Source: Mobula hypostoma (lineage: Eukaryota). Taken from it: 64,000 nt of DNA. This document shows, piece by piece, positions 12,036-24,154 of this stretch. The translations under genes and the position numbers were made by a program. Every line of letters begins with the position of its first letter. Position 1 is the first letter of the stretch. The stretch lies in NCBI RefSeq assembly GCF_963921235.1, contig NC_086097.1, positions 163,372,001 through 163,436,000 of the forward strand, given 5' to 3'. The notes beneath the pieces were generated by a model that saw nothing but the letters and a program-made list of their open reading frames with translations, had not been told where the DNA came from and searched no databases.

Positions 12036-13476
12036 CATGAAAGGGAGTGTAAGATTAAATAATTTCAGAAATCATCTGCCAGATGAGGTGTGGAGACATT
12101 GAACAACATTACAGCAACATTGAAGAGGCATCTGGACAGGTACTTGAATGGACAGGGCATAGAGGGATATGCAATTAATTCATGCATATAGAACTAGTAT
12201 AGATAGACATGGTCGCCATTAATGCTATAGACCAAAGGGTCTGTTTTTATGTTGATCAACTCTGACCTTAAAGGGACATTTTTTGGAGTGGGAGACGCTG
12301 GTGAGTGGGGTACTACAGCAATCTCTGCTTGTGCCTTAGCCATTGAATACATGTTTTCATTTAGATGAGCAAACAAAATAAGTTTTTTTGAAGTTTGCCA
12401 AAAAAAGACATCTGAAGACTTGTTGTGACCTCATCGAAACATAAAATTCTCACAGGGAAGCCAGAGTTGATGCTTCTCTGGTTGGGTGCTTAGAACCAGA
12501 ACTCTCAATCTCAGAATAAGTAGTGTTCTCTTCAGGTTAGGGCTGAGAAGATGTATCTTTATCCAGCCTTGTGTGCCTTTGTCTTGAAAGTACTCAAGTG
12601 ACTGAGCATCCACAGCACTTGGGAGAAAGAATTCCAGAGTCTGACAGATTTTTAGGCACTGAAGATATCAAGGGATATGGAGTTGGTGTAGATAAGTGAG
12701 ACTGGGGTAGAAGATCAGCCAGTTTAACCTTGGTGATGACAATTTTCAGAAACAACAGCTTTAATGGCTTTTATTTTTGCTGCTTTTATTAAATGCCCAG
12801 AAATGATGTACTTTTTGTTCTATTTGTGTCTCGAGTCCTATATTTTCACCAGCTGTAGCGGCACTTCCTGAAAAGCCTGCCCCTGTCATTTTTTACAGTA
12901 CACAAGAATGGCAAGCTCTCTGAGCAAAATGTAATGCCTAACAGATCCCCACAGAGCTATGGAAAACATTGCCATGACTGGGAACAGTAATAAGATTTTA
13001 TTATTGTTATTGTGGGTTTCCAGAAAGCTTGTGTACTACTTGGAGTTCAGGTATTTCTGGAGCCAGCACAACAGAGAAGTGTGGAACCAATAAAGGAGAG
13101 GGATGTCTTGCCAATGACCCCAAAGTGGTGGACTGAAAACACATTTACTGTGCACTGTACTGTGGTCGTCTTCTAGATTATTCATGACTCAGATATGAAT
13201 TAGGAAGTCAACCCAGGACATTGGAATTGGTGTTAACTCTTCCTTGCCAAGGCCTTCAAGGATTCTTGGATTACTGGACCTTCCTGCATTTTCAGTGGAG
13301 AAATCAAGGGTACGGTTATGATTCTGGAAGCCTACCTTTAAAGGTGATGCAGAATACACCTTTCTTGTGGGATAGTACAGGACAGATTGGCTGGGCTGTT
13401 ACACAGGCAACCTATGTGGTTTTGAACACAGGGTTCTCTTCTGTGCTATAATTATTCTGATTTCATAATTGGGGTG

Positions 13477-13737
13477 GGGGTGGCATGGTAGCATAGTGGT
13501 TAGTGCAACACTTTACTGTACCAGTGATCTAGGTTCAATTCCTGCAGCCACCTGTAAGGAGTTTATACCTTTTTCCCCATGTCTGTGTGGGTTTACTCCC
13601 ATGGTCCAAAGTCCAACTGGTTGATAGGTTAATTGCTCATTCTAAGCCATCCCATGATTAGTGTAGGATTAAATCAGGGGATTGCTGGATGACACAGACT
13701 GAAGAGCCTATTCCACGCGGTATCTCAATAAATAAAT
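13477..13737 (+). mobile_element. V-SINE (HE1-like) tRNA-derived SINE
   Basis: A box 'tagcatagtgg', B box 'ggttcaattcc', V-domain 'tgtctgtgtgggtttactcc...ccaaag', 'aataaataaat' tail. Confidence 0.8.
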
Positions 13738-14839
13738 CTTTCACTTTGAGTTTCAGCTTGTGTTATTATCTCATTGGCTAACTCTGCTCTACCATGTGAA
13801 TGAATGTCTTAAAATTTTGACTTTGGTTCTTGGTCTGTATTCAATTAGTAGGTGATTTCATGCTCCTGGCTAGGAGAGGGGAGAATCAGATGATAGGACA
13901 ATGTTCCTATGCCCTACCATTGCTAAAATGTGAAATGAGGGAAGGATTAGGCTTAACTCTGAAACATTTAATGTTATTGTTTGCTGCCACTCACTCTGTA
14001 ACTTTCAGGTGAAAAATGGCTGCTCAAGGAAGGTCTATTACAAGCGAGATTGTAACCATGCTTGTAAACCAACACCACATAAAACCCATCTGCTTTTGGA
14101 TGGGAAAGGGTGGAAACAAAAATTAAGTGGACCAACAGGGGTTGACCCAAAATAATGTCTGTTTCCCACTGCAAAAGCTTCCTGACTAACCTGAGTTCCT
14201 CCACTAATTTGCTTGTTGCTGCAGATCCCAGCAATTGCAGTCTTTGTCTCCATGAATCATTTTAGATCATTTGTGATTCACAATGATTCCGGCATAGGAG
14301 GCCACTTAACCTGATACAGCTATATTAACTCAACATGAGCAACCCGGCCAGTCCCACTCCCTTGTCCTTGCCCCTGCCCCATAATCCTAGTTCTTTCCTG
14401 ATTCTCGACCAGCTCACTTCTGAACACCACAGTTGAAGCTACCTTGAACTCTTTTCCCAGTAATGCATTTCAGACCTGAATCACTCACTGCATCAATGGA
14501 CTCTTCTTCCTCTAAAGTTAGATTTTACCACTATTTACCTTTTTTCTCTTGCCTCTACCAATGGAAACAGTTTCTCTTGATTCTCTGACTCTACCCTTCA
14601 TGCTTCCTGCAGATCTTCTGCCAGTCTCCTTGCTCTAGGATCCCTGAATGATAACTCATTTCTCCACATGCCCTTCTACTTTTAATAAACAAGTACACAT
14701 ACAACCTGATCTTTACTTGCACCACTTTTTAGAATTCCTTCCTCTGATTTATATTGCTGTTTCTGATTCTTATACTAAAATGTACAGATTTCTCAACAAT
14801 AAATTTTATCTACCATTTGTCTCCCATTCCATCAACCTG

Positions 14840-15305
14840 TTTATATATAGATACTTATCCCAAAGGAAATTAGTGTCACAGTAGCATTAAAAGTGCACAG
14901 AAACAAATATTAGAAGAGAAATAAAAAGAATTTTAAAAAAGCCTCAGTGTAACAAGGGGTGTTATCACTTCCCCAGCTATAGGGTGACTTATTATAGAGC
15001 CTGATGGCTGAGGGGAAAAATGACCTCATAGTGCTCATTGGAGCAGTGCAGTTGTCTTGGTCTATTAGTAAGTGTTCCTCTGTTAAGGCAAGGTGGCATG
15101 CAGAGAGTGAGAAACATTGTTCAGAATTGCAAGGATTTTCTGTAGGCTCCTTTGTTCTACCATAACCTCCAGTGTATCCCAGTTTGACTCCATAACAGAG
15201 AATAGCCTTTCTAATCAGTTTATTGAGCCTTGACATCAACCATGTTTATGCCCTTGCCCTAGTACACCACATCGACAACAGATTGGTAGAACATGTGAAG
15301 GATAG
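14840..15305 (-). mobile_element. Rex1/Babar LINE 3' fragment
   Basis: ORF 14910-15239 'RLNKLIRKA...RSFFPSAIRLYN'. Confidence 0.8.
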
Positions 15306-15787
15306 TTCCTTAGATTTCAAGCCTATCCGCAGTTCACTATGCCTCCAAGTTTGGCGTCAGCTACGTATGTTAGGGAGCCTGGAGTTGTGTGAATATGGCA
15401 GATATTACTTCAAAGAAGAAACAGTACAGTTCTCAATGGAAATGGTAAACTGGAGTTAAAAGTACACCTTTGCAAATAAGCAATACTATCTGTAAGAGAT
15501 GTAGCTTGCAAAATTGTGACTGAGACATCTGCCAATGCATCAGCCAAACACCTGCTTGATTACAGGCAACTATGGCTTTTGTCTGTCTCTGTCATCAGAA
15601 GTTTTTAGAATATTTGTGTTAATTACAGTTTCTCCCAGAAAAGATATTTGATCTTTCAGAGGTGTTGTTTCGATTACAATCTGCTTCAAAAAATAAGTAC
15701 ATCAAATAAGTATGTACATCAAAGGAACCATTTGTCAATCCAAGGTATTGAAGTAAACAATGTCATTGTAAATACTGAATCACCTAC

Positions 15788-15943
15788 TGTTACCTTGGTC
15801 CTGAGGGTATGAAAAATGTGATGTACCTTTGGATTTATGAGCCTCTACTGAGAGTGTCTCTCAGAATGAAGGTTGTTGTGATGAATAAAGACTATATCAC
15901 CAATTTCACTGTTTCTTCAATGACTTTGATCACAGTCACAACA
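15788..15943 (+). mobile_element. 3' part of an LTR-like repeat (same family as 58519-59270)
   Basis: 'gtgatgaataaagactatatcacc...cacagtcacaaca' matches the reverse complement of 58519-58590. Confidence 0.55.
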
Positions 15944-15944
15944 T

Positions 15945-16452
15945 GTATTCAGTGGCCATTCTGTTTTAGGTGCAGCCATACACCTCCTTAATACAAATAT
16001 CTAATCATGTGGAAGCGTCCCACTCATAAAAGCATGCAGTCATGGCCAAGAGATTTAGTTACTTAGACTAAACTTCATAACAGGGAAGAAGCATAATCAT
16101 TCATGGTCAAATTCACTTGGGTTGTTGGTGCCAGACTGTGTAGTTTGAGTATCTCACTGCTGATTTTCATGCACAACAATCTCTTGGAGTTTACAAAGAA
16201 TGGTACAATAAATATCCAGTGAGCGGCAGTTCTGTGGGTAAAATATCCTTGTTGATCAGAGGGGTCTGAGGAGAATGGCCAGACTGGTTCAAAATGACAG
16301 GAAGGTGACTAACTCAAATAACTGAGAGTGGTGTGCAGAGGAGTATCTGAATGCACAGCATGCCAAACCTTGAAGTGGATGGGTTACAGCAGCAGAAGGC
16401 CACTTAATTAGGTACAGGAGGTACTCAATAATGTGACCATGCAGTGAGTGTA
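15945..16452 (+). mobile_element. Internally deleted Tc1-like DNA transposon
   Basis: Degenerate termini 'tattcagtggcca...taggt' / 'aataatgtgacca...tgagtgta'; internal sequence resembles Tc1 transposase N-terminus ('G.RRMARLVQNDRK', 'TLKWMGYSSRRP'). Confidence 0.65.
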
Positions 16453-16599
16453 TTTAGAAATTGCCCGAGTCCAATTTACATGTATTTAAAAGGTGAGGTT
16501 TAGCTGATCCCTGGAAACTCTACTGTATACCTCCCTTCAGACTAAAACAAAAACAAGAATACTGTTTCCTGTTACTTTATTTCATGGCCTTGAGCCTTC

Positions 16600-17050
16600 A
16601 TGATATGCCTGTTCAGTGGCATCTAACCAAGGGCTTTTTGGATATATTTGCATTGCACATCCCTCATTGAGCCGCCTCTGTTACTCCATCCAGAAACTCC
16701 AACTTAGTTTGACATGATTTGCTTTTAGCAATCCGTTTCACCAATTAATCCACATTTGTTGAGTGATTGCTAAATCTGTTCTTGATTGTTTCTGGAACTT
16801 TCCCCATTACTATGATTAAATAGACTGCTCTATAATTACTTGATTTATTCCATTCCCCTTTTAAAGCAAAAAAAAAAGCAACTTCGGTTATCTTTTGATC
16901 CTTAGGCACCACTGCTGAACTTGTATGTAGCTGGCAGTGTCTAAGGCCTCTGCAGTTTGTCCCTAACAATGTAGGAGAGAGACCATTTGAACCAAATGAT
17001 CCACTCAGGGTGCAGTTAGCCTCCACCAAGCCCAATGCCTCCATTAATAG
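16600..17050 (-). mobile_element. Old CR1 RT fragment
   Basis: ORF 16745-17044 'FALKG...SNYRAVYL..VMGKV.ETI'. Confidence 0.6.
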
Positions 17051-17384
17051 ATTCTTCCTTTTACATGCACATGAAGGCGAGAGTGATTGCTGCCCCTTAA
17101 CACAGCAGATTCCATTATTAGCAAGGTTACTGGCTCAGGATCATTTATCAAGTTATGGGTTCAAATTGCTTTTGTGGTAGTTGGGGGAATTTAAATTCAA
17201 GTAATTAAATGAATCTGGAAATTTTCAAAAGCACATACATTCACAGCAGCCTTGGATTTTCCTTAAAATGTATCTAGTTCATGTAAATCTCTTGGAAGAA
17301 ATCTTTGCTTATTCTGGCTCATTTGCAACCTCAGGCCCATCAACATGTTTGCTCCACCTACCTCAGGTGTATAGAACTAGGAAG

Positions 17385-18228
17385 ACAGAACAGATAAATC
17401 CATGGCTAAAGGGCAAAGGTGTGTGTGTGTGTGGGGGGGGGCTTTAAGTTTTAGATCATTGGGATTTCTTCTGGGGCAGCAATGAGCTGTAGAAGAATGG
17501 TGGGTTCCAGCTGAAATGGAGAGAGATCAATATCCTTGAACAAGAGATTTGCTAGTGTTACTTAAGAGGGTTCAAACTAGTGAAGCAATGGTGTGGGAGG
17601 GGAATATGATGGGATACAAAATGACAATGCAGCAGGTAAAGATGCTAACTCAGACATGGCGAATAGAACAGGCAAATCCAGTGCAAAGGGTATACCAAGA
17701 CAAGAAGGGAAGTGTGACAAAGCTGGTGGGCTTATTTATGTCAGTGCAAAGATCCTTACAGGGAAGGACGATGAGCTGAGAATGTAGATCAGCACATGGG
17801 ACTATGATATTGAAGCAATCATGGCAATGACATTGAGGGAAGAGGAAACTGGCAGCTCGATGTTCAGGGTTTTAGGGTTGGGCATGAGAGAGCGGCTGAG
17901 AAGCAGAGGTTTGTTGTGCTGCTAATCAGGGAGAGCATTACAGCAGTACTTGGGTGGGATAACCTGGAGATGAATTTGCAATGGGCTGACTTTGGCAACA
18001 AGAAGAGGGTGGTATAAATGGGGTTATACTGTAGGCCCCCAATAGTTAGGAAGAAACAGAAGAACAGATATACAGTCAGATTGCAGAAGACAATGAAAGT
18101 GAAAGGTTTTAACTTTCCCAATATTGACTGGGCTTGCCCATGTGCTAGGGATTTCGTTGTGGAGGAATGATGGATCTATGTTCACTTGGCAAGCCAGTGC
18201 CTGATTAGAGGAGATAGAGACCTACCTA
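17385..18228 (+). mobile_element. Old CR1 fragment (ORF1 esterase end and APE start)
   Basis: 'tttagatcattggga' (LDHWD), 'YVSAKILTGKDDELR', 'tttaactttcccaatattgactgg' (FNFPNIDW). Confidence 0.7.
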
Positions 18229-18699
18229 CACCTCCCAAAATTTGGTCAGGCTCCCCAGTCCACCCACCCTCTGATGCAAAGAAAACCCTAACGTAGCCAA
18301 GTCTATCTTCATAAATAGTGAATCATGTTTCAAAGGTACATTTAATGTCAGAGAAATGTAAACAATATACATCCTGAAATGCTTTTTCTTTGCAACCATC
18401 CACGGAAGTGGAGGAGTGCTCTTAAGAATGAATGACACCTGCACCCACTCAAACTTCCTGTTCATTCATGGTCATGTGAGAGAGGATAGATTACAGGGAA
18501 ATATAGGGGAATGGGAATGATGGTATTGATCTGAGAATTAGCACAAACAAATAACTGCCTTCTGTTTCATATGAATGCATGAGATATGGAAAATTAATTT
18601 TGCTAGATGTTGGCCTGTTACTGAGATACTGTATTAACATAATGTTTGTTTTGCTTTGAAATCTCAAGATAAATCTGATCTCTTGGTGACTTGGTTGAC

Positions 18700-20132
18700 A
18701 ATAGGTGCAGAAGTAGACCATTCAACCCTTCGAGCCTGCACCGCCATTCTGAGATCATGGATGATCATCTACTATCAATACCCGGTTCCCGCCTTGTCCC
18801 CATAACCCTTGATTCCCCTATCCATAAGATACCTATCTAGCTCCTCCTTGAAAGCATCCAGAGAATTGGCCTCCACTGCCTTCTGAGGCAGCGCATTTCG
18901 CACCTCCACAACTCTCTGGGAGAAGAAGTTCCTCCTCAACTCTGTCCTAAATGACCTACCCCTTATTCTTAAACCATGCCCGCTGGTACTGGACTCTCCC
19001 AGCATCTGGAACATATTTCCTGCCTCTATCTTGTCCAATCCCTTAATAATCTTATATGTCTCAATCAGATCCCCCCCCTCAATCTCCTTAATTCCAGCGT
19101 GTACAAGCCCAGTCTCTCTAACCTCTCTGCGTAAGACAGTCCGGACATCCCAGGAATTAACCTAGTGAACCTACGCTGCACCTCCTCCACAGCCAGGATG
19201 TCCTTGAGACCAAAACTGCACACGATACTCCAGGTGTGGTCTCACCAGGGCCCTGTACAAATGCAAAAGGATTTCCTTGCTTTTGTACTCAACTCACTTT
19301 GTAATAAAGGCCAATGTTCCATTAGCCTTCTTCACTGCCTGCTGCACTTGCTCATTCACCTTCAGAGACTGATGAACAAGTACTCCTAGATCTCTTTGTA
19401 TTTCTCCCTTACCTAACTCCACACCGTTCAGATAATAATCTGCCTTCCTGTTCTTGCTCCCAAAGTGAATAACCTCACACTTATTCACATTAAACGCCAT
19501 CTGCCAAGTTTCTGCCCACTCACCCAGCCTATCCAAGTCACCTTGAATTCTCCTAACATCCTCATCACATGTCACACTGCCACCCAGCTTAGTATCATCA
19601 GCAAACTTGCTGATGTTATTCACAATGCCTTCTTCTAAATCATTGACGTAAATCGTAAATAGCTGTGGTCCCAATACCGAGCCCTGTGGCACCCCACTAG
19701 TCACCATCTGCCATTCCGAGAAACACCCATTCGCTGCTACCCTTTGCTTTCTATCTGCCATCCAGTTTTCTATCCATGTCAATATCCTCCCCCTCCCAAT
19801 GCCATGAGCTCTGATTTTACCTACCAATCTCCTATGTGGTACCTTATCAAATGCCTTCTGAAAGTCAAGGTACACCACATCCACTGGATCTCCCACATCT
19901 ATCTTCCTGGTTACATCCTCGAAAAACTCCAATAGATTAGTCAAGCATGATTTGCCCTTGGTAATCCATGCTGGCTCGGCCCAATCCTATCACTGCTATC
20001 AAGATATGCCGCTATTTCATCTTTAACAAGGGACTCCAGCATCTTCCCCACTACTGATGTTAGGGTAACAGGGCGATAGTTCTCTGCTTTCTCCCTCCCT
20101 CCTTTCTTAAAAAGTGGGATAACATTAGCCAT
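18700..20132 (-). mobile_element. CR1 LINE, 5'-truncated, well-preserved RT
   Basis: ORFs 19941-20132 'NYRPVTLTS', 19294-19944 '[12 protein letters not shown]...[10 protein letters not shown]...FADDTK', 18775-19038 tail. Confidence 0.96.
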
Positions 20133-21741
20133 TGGTTGTTTCTAGAATTGCACTTTGAAACATTCCTTGGGTACTGATGAAGAATGATGAGACCTGAATT
20201 GTTAATCTTGCCACTTTCTCTACAAAATCTCTCAGACCCACTGACAGCTCTTAGCATTTTTGTTTAGTGTCTTTGATTTCCAGCACGATTTGAAACACTT
20301 TGTTCAGTGGCAAAAGCTCTGCAGTTCATGTTTTAGGTATTATTTGTTTACTTTTTGATTATTTGCACAATTTGTTCTTTTATCACACATTGGCTGTTTG
20401 TCAGCCTTGGTGTTTTTTTTGCGGATTCTATTGCTTTTCTTTGTGGGTGCCTGCAAGCAGTTGTATCTCAAGGTTGCATGAATGGTATACATACTTCCAT
20501 AATAAATTTACTTTGAACTTTATAATCAGTGAAAAGCTTTGGTCACAGCTTGTCATGTTCAGTAGTTGGACAAAACTTGTAGTCATGACAAATTCAGATT
20601 TCTTTTGACTTGTGTTTCTTCTGATCAGTTACAAATATTGGAGATAATGCTCTTAAAAGCATTATTACTACAGAATAATTCCAAATCCTATTGTCACTCC
20701 TAGTCCTTAATCCCATCTTTCTATATGTCTTAACTTTCAGGGTTCTTGTAGTAACTAATGATTGTTGGTCACCATAAGAGAGAAGAGAGTAGGATGCTGG
20801 TGTCTTAATGCAATAAACTCAGAATGTAATTGTCTTTATCTATTAATATAAAGTATATGGAATAGATTTCTTGACTTTATTTAAAAGTAACCAAATGCAA
20901 AATGTTATTCTTAATCAAAAAACTTGGGTATTCAAGCTCATTTTTTTTGTTTACAATCCCAGGTGGTATTAAGGTTGCTGCGACACTGTTGCACATCTTT
21001 GGTTGAGTCATTAAGCCACAAGTACATTCGGTTCAGAAAGGTACTTGATGGTCAGCACAAACATGGTGGGCCAAAGGGCTGTTTGACTCAATGACTTTAA
21101 GGGTGTAAAGAAATTCATGGAAGTATTTTATGAATAGGGGTAACGATCCCCATTTTCCTGGGCACTGTGAACTCTTCAATTCACAGTATTGAAAAGGTAG
21201 CTTTTTTTCTTGCCGTTGATCCTTGCTATATGAAAATTGCTAAATCAACGCATATCCTTCAGTGGTCCTGCTGTCTCCCCTCTGACCAACCTGCGGCATT
21301 ACCAAAGAGTGAGTTAAAAATTTAGTCACGTTGATGGTCTCCATCATTGTATTTTGTTCACTTACGTCTTTCAAGAAGATAATTTTTGGTTTAAAAACTA
21401 GGCACAAAGCAACAACAACTCAGATTTTATTGAAGTGTTGGGGTTCTTGCTCCAGAACAACAGTTACTATAGGTGTTATAGTAGGAGTAAAGGTCAGACT
21501 GTTGGAATTCATTTGGAGAAATCAGGCACAGGTTTGGCTATGCAGGGCACCAGAAGTCAATCTGAGGCAGTGATCCGAAATATACTGATGGCTGTCATCT
21601 CCCCCCCCCAACAGTTTCCTGTCTGTGGCCTTGTGTGCTGACAGAACATAAATCAATGCAGGCTGGAGAAACAGCGCCACAGCTTATGTCTGAGTATGTT
21701 TCATCTTTCTCCCTAAGATATTGAATTCTCTAATTTTACGC

Positions 21742-22297
21742 AGAACATAGGATAGTATAGCACAGGAAAAGGTCCTTTGGCCCACAGTGTTGAGTTGAAC
21801 CTTGTTAATTAGTAATCAAATGGGCAACTAAACCAATTGCTTCTGCCTAAGCAATGAACATATCCTTCTATTTCCCTCACATTCATGTGCCTATTTAAAC
21901 ATCTCTTAAAAATCCCTAATGTATCTACCTCTACCACCAACCTAGGCAGTGCATCCCAGACACACACCACACTCTGTATGAAAAGAACTTGCTACTCATG
22001 TCTTTGAACTTGCCCCCTCTTATCTTAAATGCATGCCCTCTGGTATTAGCCGTTTCAATCCTGGGAAAAAGATGCTGTCTGCCTACTTTATCTCTGCCTC
22101 TCGTAATCTTATAAACCTCTATCAGATCTCCACTTAGCCTCTGTTTTTCCAGACAAAACAACTCAAGTTTGTCCAACCTATTATAGCACATACCCTCTAA
22201 TCCAGGCAGCATCCTAGTAAACGTCTTCTGCACCCTCTACAAAGCCTCAACACCCTTCCTATAAAGGGGTGAACAGAACTATAGCAATACTCCAGAT
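21742..22297 (-). mobile_element. CR1 3' fragment
   Basis: ORF 21931-22233 'FTRMLPGLE...DLIEVYKI...TRGHAFK'. Confidence 0.9.
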
Positions 22298-22469
22298 AGT
22301 TAACTTTCTATCCATCCATCCATCCATCCAATCGATCCCAGTTTTTCTTATTCTATTTATATAGTCTGGCTGTGTACTACAACTTCACTGGTAGCAACCT
22401 GTTATACAGCCAACCCCATTAACTCGATTGGAGAGATACCCTTTGTTCTGCACATCTCCGTGCTTCACC

Positions 22470-22648
22470 TTCCATTCCACTCAAATGTAACTTAATTCTC
22501 CCCCTCCACCCCCCCAATTTTGGTGAAGGGTTCCAGACCTGAAACATTGACCTTGTTTCTCTTTGAACAGATGCTGCCTGATCTTCTGAGTGGTTTCAGC
22601 ATTTCTACATTTACTTTACATTTCTAGCTGCTGCATAGTTTTGATTTT
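22470..22648 (+). mobile_element. Decayed PLE 3' end
   Basis: 'tggtgaagggttccagacctgaaacattgac...agatgctgcctga..tctgagt...cagcatt' parallels the young PLE end. Confidence 0.65.
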
Positions 22649-23597
22649 GATAGCTGAGAAAGACATTCCAGCACCAAGGATTCAAAGTTATAGGGATAGT
22701 GGAGTTACTGTGGAAATTCAACCATGGCCTTTTTGAACCAGGGAGGAAAACTGCATGACTTTGGCCTTTTGCTTAATTGTTATGTTACTTACTATATTGT
22801 ATAGATTGGTCAGAAAGGTCATTGATTGCCCCTAGAGATATAAATATCATTAACTTGTGAGGGATGCTTGGTGAACCATATTTTATTTGAGTCACATGCT
22901 CTGGGAGCAAAACTATATTTAATTTTTATTTTTTGTTCAGAGTGCATTACAGAGACCAATATTTTTGATTATGGTGTTAATTTAAAAATAACTATTAATG
23001 AGAAATAGACAAGGCCTGGGAGATTAAGATCTTAACCCAGATAAGTTCGATTGGAGTAGGAAAAGGTCAGTATGGATGTGATGGGCCAAAGGGCCTGTTT
23101 CTTTGCCATATGACTCTTTAAGACAAAATGTAGAGCTCAACCCATCTTCAGCCCCATAAGCTGTAGCCGGAATCTGAATTAAAATAACACAGAAAGGTGA
23201 AGCAACATCTATGGAACTTGGGTCATCCCAGAACTTAAAGCATTAGGGAAAATTTTTGCACAGGTAGATGTGTCTTCAAGGCCCTCCCTGTGAATTCAAG
23301 CAAACAGTCTTGAGGGTGGGAAACACTTTTACAACCCTACAATGGAGAGTGCTGTGAAAGACACCTATCAACTGAAAATGTTCTAGTGCCCTTCTGCAAA
23401 AAAGAACTTGGCAAGGAGTTTTCTTGCCACAGATAAATATTTTTGATGTGTGTGCTTAGAATTTCTTTGCTACTGATATGGTGTCATTTGGCCATGATGT
23501 GTGCCAATGACATATTGCCAATTCTACTTCAAATGTCACTCATGCCTGAGGCCCATGAAATTAGTGCTACTGAATCAGCTGTACACAAGGAAAGGTC

Positions 23598-23773
23598 AAG
23601 TATCCAACAATGTGCTGGAGAAGCTCAGTGGGTTGAACAGCATCAGCAGGGGGAGAGGAATTTGTTGACACTTTGGGTCAAAATCCTGCATGAAAATTCT
23701 TGAGAAGTCCTGATGCAGGGCTTTGACAATTCCATTGTTTGAGACTTCAGCACCAACAGTCTCTTGTGTCTCT
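23598..23773. mobile_element. Decayed PLE-derived fold-back element
   Basis: Inverted 'gtcaaaatcctgcatgaaaatt' / 'agtcctgatgcagggctttgac' with PLE-end flanks. Confidence 0.55.
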
Positions 23774-24154
23774 AAGGAAAGACCATTTCTTCATATTCTT
23801 TACAGAATACATGAAGTATTTCAGGTCTGTTCAGTCTGGGTCTGGGAGGCCATGAGGAACTGACATCTATGGTTGTGAGGAGAAGATGATTACTGAAGAT
23901 GGAGAAGTTTTTTAGGGTATTGGTTACTGGTTGTGTGACTGGCAATCGCTGTTAAGGGCTAGGAGAGTTTAGTAGGTCAGGATCTGTGACTAAAGGGCTT
24001 GATTTATCATCAAAGAGTCTTGGTTCTTGACCAATGACCTAATGGGACCTCCTTTCTTTATGTAACTGACTAAACCAGTGCTCTTCTTAACTCCCCTTTG
24101 CTCTAAGAAGAGCATTGTTAATTTTCCTGCCTAACCTTGAAGCTGAAATCCTTT

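Noticed and set aside
13477..13545. tRNA-like A and B boxes
   Set aside because: No cloverleaf; the sequence continues into a V-SINE body, so it is a SINE head and not a tRNA gene.
20963..21040. 78-nt open AG...GT segment (VVLRLLRHCCTSLVESLSHKYIRFRK)
   Set aside because: The weak donor lies at the start of a CR1 tail remnant and the peptide is not recognised.
22309..22330. Short (CCAT)n, plus (GT)n near 17419 and poly-C runs near 51423 and 61302
   Set aside because: Ordinary microsatellites and homopolymers; no CRISPR-like repeat-spacer array anywhere in the window.
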